The notes beneath the pieces were generated by a model. It did not search any database. It was not told the DNA's origin and saw only the letters and a list, made by a program, of their open reading frames with translations. Position numbers and translations under genes: made by a program. A DNA stretch of 64,000 nt. Source: Convolutriloba macropyga. Lineage: Eukaryota. Within the stretch, counting starts at the first letter, position 1. Each line of letters begins with the position of its first letter. This document shows positions 24,613-37,500 of the stretch, piece by piece. The stretch spans positions 65,224,001 to 65,288,000 of the forward strand of contig NC_134473.1 of the NCBI RefSeq assembly GCF_964194025.1, in the 5' to 3' direction.

Positions 24613-24769
24613 TGTTCATTCTAGTCAAGGACTTTTTTGCTTGAGGATTTGTGGTATAGCTGGGCTAGGCAAAAAGTTGGGTTTTCATATTCAAGTTTGC
24701 GAACAACTATTTTTAAAAATAGGTTTTTTTTATCAGGTCATTTATCGGGCTCGAAGTTATGTATGTCTG

Positions 24770-25695
24770 TTTGCATGTATACTATATGTGTTTGTACATA
24801 TAAAATCTGGGTACGAGTGGGCTACGTTTTTCAAGAGGGTTAATTTATTGACCATCTTCACAGGTCACCCAAACTTTTTAATTTTCAACTCATGTTGTTT
24901 GAAAGGTTGTTTGTATCGAAAGCTCCATGATATTCAATCTTGTCGTCTTAGGCGTGCGTTGATATTATGTGTGTATGTATAAATAAAAAGTGGGTACGAG
25001 TGGGCTACGTTTTTTAAGAGGGCTTATTTATTGACCATTTTTACATGTCACCCAAACTTTTTAATTTTCAACTGTTGTTTGAAAGGTTGTTTTGTTTGTA
25101 TCGAAAGCTCCATGACATTCAATCTTGTCTTGTCTTAGGTCTTGATATTATGTGTGTATGTATAAATAAAAAGTGGGTACGAGTGGGCTACGTTTTTTAA
25201 GAGGGCTAATTTATTGACCATTTTTACAGGTCACCCAAACTTTTCAATTTTCAACTCATGTTGTTTGAAAGGTTGTTTGTATCGAAAGCTCCTTGACATT
25301 CAATCTTGTCTTGTCTTAGGTGTTGATATTATGTGTGTATGTATAAATAAAAAGTGGGTACGAGTGGGCTACGTTTTTTAAGGGGGCTAATTTATTGACC
25401 ATTTTTACAGGTAACCCAAACTTTTTAATTTTCAACTAATGTTGTTTGAAAGGTTGTTTGTATCGAAAGCTCCATGATATTCAATCTTGTCTTGTCTTAG
25501 GTGTTGATATTATGTGTGTATGTATAAATAAGAAGTGGGTACGAGTGGGCTACGTTTTTTAAGGGGGCTAATTTATTGACCATTTTTACAGGTCACCCAA
25601 ACTTTTTAATTTTCAACTAATGTTGTTTGAAAGGTTGTTTGTATCGAAAGCTCCATGATATTCAATCTTGTCTTGTCTTAGGTGTTGATATTATG
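24770..25695. repeat. ~181-bp satellite array, ~5 copies, unrelated to the 179-bp unit
   Basis: GGGTACGAGTGGGCTACGTTTTT at ~24809, 24992, 25175, 25356 and 25537; each is preceded by TATAAA. Confidence 0.96.
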
Positions 25696-25756
25696 TATAT
25701 AGAAAAGCTGGGCATAAACAAATTTAGAAAAAAGTTCAATTCTGTTTCAGCTAAAA

Positions 25757-26251
25757 ATGAGCACTTTTAAAGAGAAAAAGATTGGAATTTTTGGGGACAG
25801 CCATGTTCAAAGGCTCCAATTACCCGAAAATGTTGTTGCCCTGGGCAAAGGCGGAGAGAGAGCCCGCAATTGGAGGAATTACACAAATGAGCTGAGAGGT
25901 TACGATGTATTAGTCATCATGATTGGGGGAAATGATATTTGCCCCAGGGATATCTTTACACCCGCTGATATGTTCCTGAAAGAGTTAACAGCGGAAATCC
26001 GCGATTTGTTCAGTTACTGCCAGCAGAACAATACTGTAGTGTTGACGGCAGATATTATTCCGCGGTTGAACAATCCTGACGGAATCCGCAAAATGAATAG
26101 TAGGCTGCTGAACAAATACAAGAGAAAACATATAGAATTAGCGGAAGCCATTGGTCGCGATTTCTCTGATGGGGTTCACCTCAGTTCTTATGAGTTTCTG
26201 AGCCAATATCTTATAAAGAAGATCAAGCTACTCGCTGAGAATGTGAATTAA
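25757..26251 (+). CDS. Minimal SGNH/GDSL hydrolase (esterase), 164 aa, catalytic blocks intact
   Basis: Block I IFGDSH, block II GKGG, block III IGGND, block V DGVH. AAAATG start context, splice acceptor TCTGTTTCAG ending 6 nt upstream (25750), AATAAA at ~26513. Confidence 0.88.
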   Translation: MSTFKEKKIGIFGDSHVQRLQLPENVVALGKGGERARNWRNYTNELRGYDVLVIMIGGNDICPRDIFTPADMFLKELTAEIRDLFSYCQQNNTVVLTADIIPRLNNPDGIRKMNSRLLNKYKRKHIELAEAIGRDFSDGVHLSSYEFLSQYLIKKIKLLAENVN

Positions 26252-26578
26252 TGGTTTACTCGCCTGAAATTTGTAACTTTGTCGCGTGTGCTTTTGTTGT
26301 TGCACAGTTTTGTGAATTACGTAATTTTGAAGTTTTGAGCTGTAGTTTGAGTTTTTTGACACTTGCTTTTGTTATGCCATTTTTGTCTGATTCAAAGTAA
26401 TTAAAAACTCTCTCCGTGAACATAGTTTTGACTGAGCTGTTATATTACACTTTTGAATTTTTGCTCATTTGAGTATTCTGTGTATCTGGTGGAAGAATAG
26501 CTTGAACCTAAACAATAAATAAACTGGCTTAAACATAAAGAAATAGCATTAAATAATAGCATTAAAAAAGAAATAGCA

Positions 26579-26807
26579 TTTGAACAGCCGATCGCGTGGC
26601 TGGCTGAAAAGCCGACGTTGTGGCCTAAACAATAGGTAATTCGATAGTTTGAACAGCCGATTGAGTGGCTGACTGAAAAGCCGATTGTGTGGCTTAAACA
26701 ATAAGTAGATAAATAGAATTTGAACAGCTGATTGTGTGGCTGGTTGAAAAGCCGATTGAGAGGCTTAAACAATAGGTAATTCAATGGTATGAACAGCCGA
26801 TTGTGTG
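26579..26807. repeat. ~70-bp tandem repeat running into the gap
   Basis: Recurring TTTGAACAGCCGAT.G.GTGGCTG..TGAAAAGCCGA...GGCTTAAACAATA. Confidence 0.9.
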
Positions 26808-27007
26808 NNNNNNNNNNNNNNNNNNNNNNNNNNNNNNNNNNNNNNNNNNNNNNNNNNNNNNNNNNNNNNNNNNNNNNNNNNNNNNNNNNNNNNNNNNNNN
26901 NNNNNNNNNNNNNNNNNNNNNNNNNNNNNNNNNNNNNNNNNNNNNNNNNNNNNNNNNNNNNNNNNNNNNNNNNNNNNNNNNNNNNNNNNNNNNNNNNNNN
27001 NNNNNNN
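26808..27007. other. Assembly gap (200 N)
   Basis: Run of N; the round size suggests a scaffolding join of unknown true length. Confidence 0.99.
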
Positions 27008-27633
27008 TATCACAACACGGCCGAATGGACGCTTCGATTCTCGGATCTGGCAATCGGCTTCTCGTCTTACAGAGAAAATCTTCTACTAAAACGGTTGTGT
27101 ATGTTTGCGAGAACGGGGAATTACTAGCAGAACGTGAAAATTGTCCGAAAACCCGAGGAATTTGGTTCAGCAACAGCAGCAGTCGATCACGCGAACTTTC
27201 GGCGATTTTCTGCTAATGATTGACATAAACAGCAAAGCTTTGGTTATTGTCCAATGGAAAAAAGAGGATAAAATCTTGGATGAATTGATTGTGAAAGAAT
27301 TCGACATCCCGGAACCGTGTCCGATCAAATCTTTCGCGATGTGTGAAATCGAAGCAATACCACACCTGGTATTACTAAATGAAGGTTCCAAAAATGTTCT
27401 GAAAGTTTACCAGTTGGTGGAGGACGCTGAAAATTTACAAATTGTTTACAAACAACAAGTTGAGTTGAAAGAAGTGAAACACATGGTTTGTGTGTTTTCC
27501 ACTCCTAAGGAGGGTCAAATAATTACAATGAACTGTGTGAACTTGTGCTGTTACGAACTACGAGTCAAAAAGGAACGTGTTCAAAATGTGGAAACCCGCA
27601 AAGAATGCGTCAGCCAATCAGAACCGAGAAAAG
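27008..27633 (+). CDS. Exon of an orphan gene (beta-strand-rich region); 5' end uncertain, possible frameshift near 27170-27190
   Basis: ORF 27141-27650 overlaps a stop-free frame running from the gap to 27216. Phase-1 donor AAG|GTAACA at 27633/27634. Confidence 0.5.
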
Positions 27634-28045
27634 GTAACACGAAATGTTGAGTTTCGAAAGTTCGACATTAATTTACAGACGTGTTTGATTTTTGTTTTTA
27701 TGATTTTTACCTAGGCTGGGCAAACTGTCCAATTAAAGTGACCATTAAGTACAATTATTTAATAAATTAAATGGGAAAAAAACACTTCGGCGAAAAAACT
27801 GAGAGTCAGAATTAAGAAACAGATTTTAAAATTTATTCTTTTGACTTCTGTTCAGCAGTTTGACCTAAACCCTAAGAAATCTTCAATGAATTTTCTAAAA
27901 TCTTTCATCGGGTCATAAAATTGCCTGCGCTTAAATACGAGCAATTTGGGTTTCTGTTGGCGGCCATTAAAAACATTTATTTGGTAGGCTGGCGCAATTT
28001 GTCTGCGAAGCACAGCTGATGCAAATCACCCTTATTTCGTTTCAG

Positions 28046-28449
28046 ACGCACTTGAAATCGACCCTCGTCAGCTGTACAACCGATTCCTGGTTATTGACAA
28101 CGAGTTCCGCGTGCTTGAATTAAAATTCGAGCAGCTGGAACCGGTTTTATCAATTGGGTACAGACCTATGATTAAAAGATGTCTGAAAATTCTCGATGAA
28201 TTTACGAGCACAGCCGTCTCAGCAGTTGCAACTGCAGACAGTAGTGCGGAAAGCGCGAAAGAGTTGGTCAAACTTCGAAAAGCGGTGACTCAAGCAGAAA
28301 ATATCTACGGGCTGATAACGTTCCAACTCCCTATGACGTCACATCCATGCCATGGTGTTCCTCAAGAAACCACTTCTGAAGCGAAACCAGTGCTCTCAAA
28401 AATGCAGATTGATTATATCAAGAAGGCATTGGAGAAAATTTCTCTGTGA
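28046..28449 (+). CDS. Terminal exon of the same orphan gene (helical region)
   Basis: Acceptor TTTCGTTTCAG at 28045. Phase 1 matches the upstream donor and gives ...EPRK-D-ALEIDPRQLYNRF...EKISL*. AATAAA at ~28633. Confidence 0.55.
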
Positions 28450-30404
28450 TGGAACAATGAAGTCTGAATCGGTTGAACGCTGTACATTTAAAGCTGTGCA
28501 AAGTTGTTCAACGCTGTACATAAAACGCTTGAAAAAAATTTAATGAACAAAAATAATCAATCACGATGATTTGCTGTAATAATTTGCGCTTCATAGTTGT
28601 TAAGAGAGCTTTTAGGTATAAAATTAAATCTCAATAAATTGGTAAGCTGTTTAGAATACTGTCGCATTTCCCAAACAAATCAGAAATTTATAACTAAAAA
28701 ATTCCTAATAAACTAACTAGAAAAAAAGAAATTCTTAATAAAAAATAGTTCTGATTCAACTTCCAATCTGATGAATTTTGATCTTAATTTAATGAAAATA
28801 AACTCTCGCAATTATATTTCATAAAGAAAACTTTTATTAATTAAATCAGCACCTGCAAAAATTATTGGCAACTAAAGTTTTCCAATTTTCGGCGTCTTTC
28901 GTTTTTGTTTTAAAAAATAAAAAAGAGGGTTTATTTCCATATTTGTTTGTTTGGTCTGAGTAAATGATATAGATGCTGTTAAATGTTGTAAATCAAACAA
29001 TTTAAGCAAAAATTGCGAATCATATTGTCATATTGTAAAATAAATGACTGCATATATTAGTTCCAGAATTAAAGTTTGTTTACAAATTCACTGATCGTAA
29101 TGACTCAAGGCAAGCGGTTGACGCTTTTAAGTGCAGGTAAATTGATTGAAGCAGAGAGTAAAAAACAGAATGAAATAAACAAATAAACAAAAAATAGACC
29201 GAAACATCGGAGGAAAACGTAAAAAAACGATCGAATTAAATGGAAATAATTTAGCAGAATGAGTTGACTTCGGTGACTGCATTGAGTTCTCGTCTCAATT
29301 GACCGGCTGCTCCTTACTTTGTTTCCTGTTTGTGCTCTCGTGAACAAATGGCACAAAAATGTTAAATTAAAGCTCGACTGCTCCATTTCTCTTTTTGCTT
29401 AAAGCAAGATGTGTTGTAAAAAAAACTTTCTACGCCTGAAAAAGTAAACTTCGAGTGGCTGCTAATAGGACGGATTTTGGTAAGAACCCGAAAAATGCCT
29501 GTGAATAATTTCGAATAGAAAACTGAGAAATTTGTGGACATAATGGAAAAGACAAAACAAGGGCGTGACAATTTTTCATAATAAAGACCACTTATCAGGT
29601 GTTGTAATATTTGGGGTTTGATCTTTTTTACATAGACTTTAGCTATCGTAACGATTATATGAGTCTAGAAGAAAACAAGGCGGCTCGGTAATGTGCGATG
29701 GCACATAAGGTTCCGACCCCGCCCATCCACAATTTTGGTATAATTGTCTACCAAATGAGGAACAGATAGAAAAACCCAAAATTTCTTTTTTGGGAATCCC
29801 AAAAAACACAAAAGAAGCCCAAGTATTTTTCAAAAAATTGTGTATGAACGATAAGATAGACTCCAAAGCAAATAACTCAGTGGATTAAAAAATGAAGCAA
29901 TAGATTGCTGTGATATGCCAATATTAAGAAAGCGAGTCAAGACGAAGAGCAAAATCAAACAACAACAACAAACATTAATTACATCAAAAATTTATGTCCG
30001 TTTTAAAAAACAAAATTTAATAACAAAGTCAACATACTGTCAGATAAACCTAAAACTAAACAAAATAACTATTAAATCACCTGAAAGGATATGGACCAGT
30101 CCATAAAAAAGTTTTGTAACAATTAGACAAAAAAGAACAAAAACAGTAAAGTTAAAAAATTTGCTTATTTTTTTTAAAACAATTGGCTTCAAAGTAAGGA
30201 AAACCATTAGAAATCAAGTAAAATATCCCCAAAGTTTACGATTATCAATGTTCTATAGAAGGGCATTAGGAGCTGTCCTTATTATTTTTTTTAAGCGGCT
30301 AAAAAGAACAACAGAAAAACAACAAACAAAAATTCAATTGAAACATTCCAGAAAACGCTGTCAAAATCCTCAAGCCATGCTTTGGCCCTCAAAATATATT
30401 CAAT

Positions 30405-31540
30405 GGCGCCTTCTTCAAACATCGATAATGAAGTATGTGGCCATTTATTAGTGAGACTAGGCAAAAAGCAGACAAAAAGAGAAAATGGCAAAAGTATGTA
30501 ATAATTTTGATTTTTTTTCGAAACAAAATTATATCCAAAGTCATGAAAGACGTTAATTATAAAGTCAAATATTTAAATAGGGTCGTTCATTCATCTCGAG
30601 GAAGCCTTTGAGACCTGCAATTGTCCAGAATATGTCTTGCGTCTACAAAAGAGCGTCAAATATGACAAATTAATTTACTTTCTTTGTGAAAAACGGGTGT
30701 CGAAGTCAGTAAGGTCATACCGCATTCTTTAAAAAAAAACAGATTTTGGGACATCGATCCCCTTTGTCACCTTCCCTTGACACCCATAATGTCAAATTTG
30801 ACCTGTAATTAACGAGATTAGATAACAAAAACAAAAATAGAAAGAACAAACTTGCGAAATTAAAAAGTTTTTTTTTTTATTTTTGGAAAACGATTGCTTT
30901 CAAAGTCATGAAAGCCATCAGATATCTCTTAATATCAGAATATCGGCTCATCTTTTTTTCATGAAAATCAATGGGGCCTTCTTCAAACATCGATAATGTA
31001 GTAAGTGGCCATTTATTAGTGAGACTAGGCAAAAAGCAGACAAAAAGAGAAAATGGCAAAAGTATGTAATAATTTTGATTTTTTTTTCGAAACAAAATTA
31101 TATCCAAAGTCATGAAAGACGTTAATTATAAAGTCAAATATTTAAATAGGGTCGTTCATTCATCTCGAGGAAGCCTTTGAGACCTGCAATTGTCCAGAAT
31201 ATGTCTTGCGTCTACAAAAGAGCGTCAAATATGACAAATTAATTTACTTTCTTTGTGAAAAACCGGTGTCGAAGTCAGTAAGGTCATACCGCATTCTTTA
31301 AAAAAACAGATTTTGGGACATCGATCCCCTTTGTCACCTTCCCTTGACACCCATAATGTCAAATTTGACCTATAATTAACGAGATTAGATAACAAAAACA
31401 AAAATAAAAAGAACAAACTTGCGAAATTAAAAAGTTTTTTTTTTTATTTTTGGAAAACGATTGCTTTCAAAGTCATGAAAGCCATCAGATATCTCTTAAT
31501 ATCAGAATATCGGCTCATCTTTTTTTTTCATGAAAATCCA
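30405..31540. repeat. Recent tandem duplication, ~570-bp unit x2
   Basis: GTGAGACTAGGCAAAAAGCAGAC at ~30451 and ~31019; the units are near-identical throughout. Confidence 0.93.
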
Positions 31541-34500
31541 GTGAAACTTATCACAATAGAGGGAATTTCATACGACCGAAACGACAATGACAGTAGAAAT
31601 GACAGTTAAAAACATAATTAAAAAATTCAATTAATTTCTTCGACAAATAAGTATTGAGGCCGTTAAAACGATAATCTAAATCTTTCAGGATTTTAATATG
31701 TTCAATTGTGCTTTACTTTGAACGCTATTAATGTGATATGAGAACTGCCAATAATGTGATAATGTGACTAGAAAACGTGAAAAAAAATGGCAGATATCTA
31801 AAAACAAAAAAATCTGAAATCTTGTAATATCAAGGCCAGAAAACAAAAAACTTCAGGCTTAAAACCGCAATCGAGACTAAATTTTAAATCAATAGAATGA
31901 GGAAGCATTCGTTCTTTTCTGACACTAAGCTAAAAATTGACGAAATTAAGAAAAAAAAATAGAGGAAAAGTTCATTAAGCCATTTTTTTTAAAAATCAAT
32001 TGTTCTTAAAAGTCGAAACGATCATAAACTTTCAAGTAAAAAACTAAATGCATTAGCTTGGAGCTGCTTTGGATGCCAATTGGATCTATCACTCTTGAGC
32101 TTTGATTTGATATGTTCCGTTCTTTATTATTAAAAAAAGTCTTTTTTTTAAAAAAAAAATAAGACAGACTGATTACAATCCGAATTCTGATTCGATTGTA
32201 ACAGTCCAAGATTGGCCCAAAACTAGCCCGTCTATTTTTTTCCGTTAGGAACAATTGGTTTTTCGAATGTTGTAGATATAGATAATTTGTTTGTTGAAAA
32301 CTCAAAAATAATTTCTGCATTTTTGATAATCAACGAGTAAAGTTAGCAAAAAACGGCAAAGTTTTAAATACAGAGCATTCTCAGTGGAAGTTGAAATAAG
32401 AATACCCCCTTCTGAGTCTACAAAAATTATATTAGTGTTGTTTGGGAGTGTACTGCCGGCAAATTTAATCAAAGTGGACTAAAGTAACTTATTTCGTGTT
32501 GTTTTGATGAAAAAGGCTGAATTTTGAAATATTTATCCAGAGTTTTTGAACAAAAAAATTAAATCAGAATAATCAACAATGCTTGTTTGTCTGATACCAA
32601 TGATACCAGTCTCAACTCTCTACGATGAATATATCGGTCGGCGAAAATTGACTGAACAAAAAAAAACCATTTGAGTATATAGTTCCTCCCCCCTCAAGAG
32701 GGGTCGGAACAATAACAGATGTGGTAAAATTCATCCGATCTCATTATTGAGCTTAGAATTTCATATAAATAAAGTTGTGTAGGCAACAGAGAATGTAAAC
32801 TGAAAACCAAGCAGGAATTATGAAAAAAATGCTCTGAAAATTTATGCACGATGAAAGTAAAGTTAAGAAGTGTAAAAAAATAATTGCAATGTTAACAAAA
32901 CTTAATGACAGACTACTGATGCAAATGAAAGGGGAGTTTTAAATCAGTATGTAGTCAAAATTGAGCTGAGAAAAACAAGAAGGAGGCTCGGCGATGTACG
33001 TTTGCACATAATGTTCGAACCACGTTCATCCACACATTTAGCACTTTTAGCCTAGTTGTCTAGCAAATGAGGAACAGATGGACAAAACTCAAAAGTTCAT
33101 ATTTTGTTCAAATTTAACTGGTGTAGGAACAAAAAATTGCTTCAACCTCAAAACCACTAAATAAATACAATAATGTACCTATTATTATGTGCCATTAAAA
33201 AGACTACGAGACAAGGTAGATAACGAAATTAATGTAGCTATTATTATGTTCCCCTAAAAAACTGCAAGAGAAAGCAAATAACAAAAATCAAATAAAAACA
33301 ACCATCATTAATTACCATCAAAAATCAATGTAATTAAAAAAATAAAAAAAGTCCAAAAAGCATCTGATAAAACTAATCCCGAAAGTTGTAATTTCTTATT
33401 AAAGATATAGAATCTGCCCTTAATTAACACTAGATAAAAATTAGAAAAAAGGCCACGTTAAAACATAAGCTTCAAAAGGAATTGATTTCAAAAACGGAAT
33501 TGGTTTCAAAATCAGATAGCCTTAGTTACAAACTGATATCAATGAATTGCTTCATTTTTACTTCAATAGGATGCCAATGAGGTCTGTTTTTATCCATAAT
33601 GAGTCATCAACTACATAAAACCGTTAATTACAGCAAAAAACAAACCATTTTATTTAATTTTCCGGGAAAAATGTTTCGAAGCTGTGTACAGTCGAATCTA
33701 TTCACTGAAAACATTGGATATGTTCAAGTGCGTCATGAGATGTACCACTTTCAAATGAGATATATCATTTCCAATTGTGAGACTACACTTAAAACTAGAC
33801 AGAAAGAACAAAAATAAATATTTTTTGAAAAAATTGAAATTTGAACTCATGAAAACCATCAGTTATCAACTTCAATTGTCGAAAAATTTCTTTTAATTTT
33901 TCAGGGTATAGAAACCATTGACGTCTGTAATAAACCATAATGAGTCGTACAACAAAAATGACAAATAATGCAGAACAAAATTGAAAAAAAAAATTCAGAG
34001 AAAAACATTTCGGAGCAGTTAAGAGTATAATCTATTCATTGAAGAGATTAACTATGTTCCATTGCGCTTTTTTGAACAGCTACAAATTGTTTTTTACGTG
34101 CCTTCGATTGGAGTACTCAGCAATTAGACAAAAGGTACAAAATGTGTAATGCTCAAAAAAAGAGTTAGTTTTATGAAAACAATTGAATTTAAAATCATGA
34201 AAACCATCAGCTATCAACTCAAATCCTCCAATATTCTCCCTTTAACAATCCTGACAAGTTTTTGAGACATCTGTCAGTATTCAGAATACGCCACATGCCT
34301 ACAAACAAAAAAAAACGGAAATTACAGAAAAAATCAAAAACCCCAATAAGATACCCAAAAAGATTAGCTAACAAGTTGACATAAAAGAAGGAAAAGTTTA
34401 AACTTTTAGAAAACAGCAAAAGCAGTCGCGAAAAACCTTAACAATGGACTGAAATTTTAAAATAGTTTTATCTATCCCCCAAAAAAAAGCCGTTTTGGTT

Positions 34501-37500
34501 TGAAATTGGAAAGAATATGGCATACCTCTACAGAAAGAAAACAAATACTGACATGAACAAACATTCTTATCAATTTTGTGAGCAAACGGCGTCAAAGACG
34601 CTAAAACCATAAACTGTTCAAAAAATAATTGCAATTTCTAAGCAAAAAATAATTCATGCAAGATCAAAATATCAGATTTATCGAACCTCTTATCAATGTC
34701 ATTTATTTGTTAAGGCGAAAACATAAGCATCAAAACTGAACAAACATGTAAGACTCAGAGAAAAAATTTAGTAAAATTCGTAGTATCCAAGCAAAAATTT
34801 TTCCAAAACACAAAGTAATAAAATTTAGGTCATGAAGAAGGTAAAAAAGCTTCTCTGCTGATACTATAGTTTGTTTAACAGAAATAAGATTTAAAACAGA
34901 AAAAGCTTAATAAAGTGTTTTCTTGTCAAAATTTTTCAACAATTATAACAAGCTTGAGATTTCAACTGAAACATACTAGATGGCTTATTTTTTAACTCCA
35001 TCTAAGACCCAATGAACCTTTAAAGGAAGAGAATAAATCATTAAACAAAAAAACACCCATTAATACAGACTGAACTCAAGCCATTTCACCAACAATTTTA
35101 CGTTGAAACTGAATTAGAGCCAAAGACCCCTTACCTTTTATCTGAAATTACAAGAAATGTTACTTGGTTCCTAGTGGGCAGAAGAAGAGATTTATTAATA
35201 AGCGAATAAATGAGTCGTGATCCGAAAAATTTTTGGTCTGCAATTACCAAGAAAGAAAAAAAAATTTGAAAAAAATCAAAAAAGACAGCACCCAATTAAT
35301 CCAAAATCTTCGGATTTTTAGAATCGTCGATTGGCCCCGAACCAGACATGTCAATTCTACACCTGTTTTTTCAAGCGCGTAATTTGTTACAATTTTTTAG
35401 ATCTGAATAATTTGACAAACAAAAGTCAAAATCAATTGATTCAATTTGGTTAATTATGTTGTTAAATTAGCAAAAAGAACAAATTCTTTATTCTACAAAA
35501 TCCTCCGAAGAACCTGATGTAGACACTGTTCTTGGTGCAAATTGCACGTATCTAGAGAACTTTTTTCTATACTTACGTTAAATTAAAACAAAGTGGGATA
35601 GCGTTGCAAATTTCACAAAGTTTTTGTGGAAGAAAGTTCCTATTAGTCAATTTTTTCGTCAATAATTTTGATCGAATGGTGGAGCAAAACGCTTATATCA
35701 AAAAAACTCTAACCAATAAAAATTTTTGACTCTCATTTACTCACTTCTTGCAAAACTTTTCGTGAAAAATCCAGAAAAAGAGAACAGAAGCAACTCAAAT
35801 AGTGAAACGTTCACGAAAATTTTAGACTCAATAGCTACCCGGAAAAGTTGAAAAAGTTTTTTTAAAGTCCAATTTCTTCGTTGAAAGAGCTTTTCATTGA
35901 TACCACTGAGAACTCTCTACGATGAATATATCGATCCGTCAATTTTGACTGCACAAAAAAGACCAATTTGATTATTTAGTTCCCATCCCCCAGTAAAAAA
36001 GGGGTCAGAACAATTAGAAGTTTCATCAAATCGTTGTCCTGTACAACAATTCTGTTTGAAATATTAAATTTTTTTTCAGAAGGCAAATTTACGCGGGTGA
36101 GGAAAATCGTTTTGCAAGATATCTCTTGGTATTCGAAACCCGATTGTGAATGTTGAGGGTTTAAAAAATGTCCCAATTGACCATTTGAAGGGTCCATTAT
36201 TCGAAATTATGTTAAAGATGATCGAAAACTTATTTGAAGAGATGCGTAACACTTAGACGATGAATAAAAAAACTTGCAACAATCCTGTAAGGCAATCTTC
36301 CAAGTGAAGGCATAACGTTACCAATATTCTTGTTCTTGCAAAGTTGTCGATTCACTTGCCAGACGTCTTGCAAGTTCTTCGATTCACTCACAAAAATTCT
36401 TGCAATTTTTTTTATTCAGCAATTTTTTGTTTAGCAGTGCGCTAGCTTTTTGCATGAACTTCTTTGACGACTACAGAGTGTGCATTACTGAGCTCCGGAA
36501 GAGGCGCACCTGACCTAGCCGCCAAAATATGACTCAAAAAGCTAAGATTATTGCACGAAGGGGTCCGAAACAAGTATGGGGGTTCATCGCTTTGTAGAAA
36601 GAAACAAAAAAACATAAAAATTAACATCTAAATCCACCAGAAAAGGGGCCAATGAGGAATTAAGTTCATAGTACTGAAGAAAGAATGAAGGAAAGCTTTT
36701 GCATGAGTCTTTGTAACTTCTTGGACGACAACAGCATTAGTGAGTTCCATATTGAGTGCAGAGCGCACCTGACCTAGCCGCCAAAGAAAAAAAAAGTAGT
36801 GTCATTATTAAAAAACATCAGTTAACACATAAGATTAGCAGAAAAATTAATTTCTGATTTACCAGAAAGTTGAGGTGGACTTTATTAAGTTACAAATTGA
36901 CAGAAAGATGAACAAAACTGAAACTTTGAAAACACGCCCTCAATTTTGGAATGAAAAATTTTTGAGGCCATTATTAGGCCATTATTAGGCCATCACTATT
37001 AGCGATCGATTGAAAGCATCAAATAAGTTCACTGACAACTCAATAGCAAGACAATTTGACCAAAAATTGGTCAGATTAAATTTTGTGACTACAAAAGCAT
37101 CCACAAATACCGATAATGTCAGTAATAAGAAATATCCGACTATTGGTTTCTTCTATAAGCAATTCTCTTGATTAGAAAATGAGAGAAAAAAGTTGGCTGT
37201 TTTCGTTGTTTATTAGATCAATTTGGTTTAAAAAACGATGTTTCTAGTTGTTCGTTGGCAAATCATATTCAAATTTGAAATCTTGCATGAAATTTATAAG
37301 ATTGTTACGAGAATCCACATTCAAAACGCACTTCGGAAAAAAAAACAAATAGAATCAGTTTTGTTCATCGAAATTCTTGCAAAAAAGCAATTCATTTGGG
37401 TTTCAACTAGTTTTTGCTTTAAAAAAACTCCGAAAATTTTCCAGAATTGAAAAACTTGAAAGATATTTGCTACATTTTGAGTCACAACTAAACACTTTTC

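Noticed and set aside
25757-26251. Oskar (OSK domain) or bacterial contamination
   Set aside because: No LOTUS domain, the catalytic Ser/Asp/His are retained unlike OSK, and the flanks have eukaryotic splice and poly(A) signals.
23330-26807. Regularly spaced repeats next to an enzyme gene, superficially CRISPR-like
   Set aside because: Whole units repeat with no unique spacers, there are no cas genes, and the context is eukaryotic.
26765-27216. ORFs spanning the first N run (likewise 47600-48058 for the second)
   Set aside because: Artefacts of translating through gaps; the true CTSZ exon 2 frame differs from the listed ORFs.
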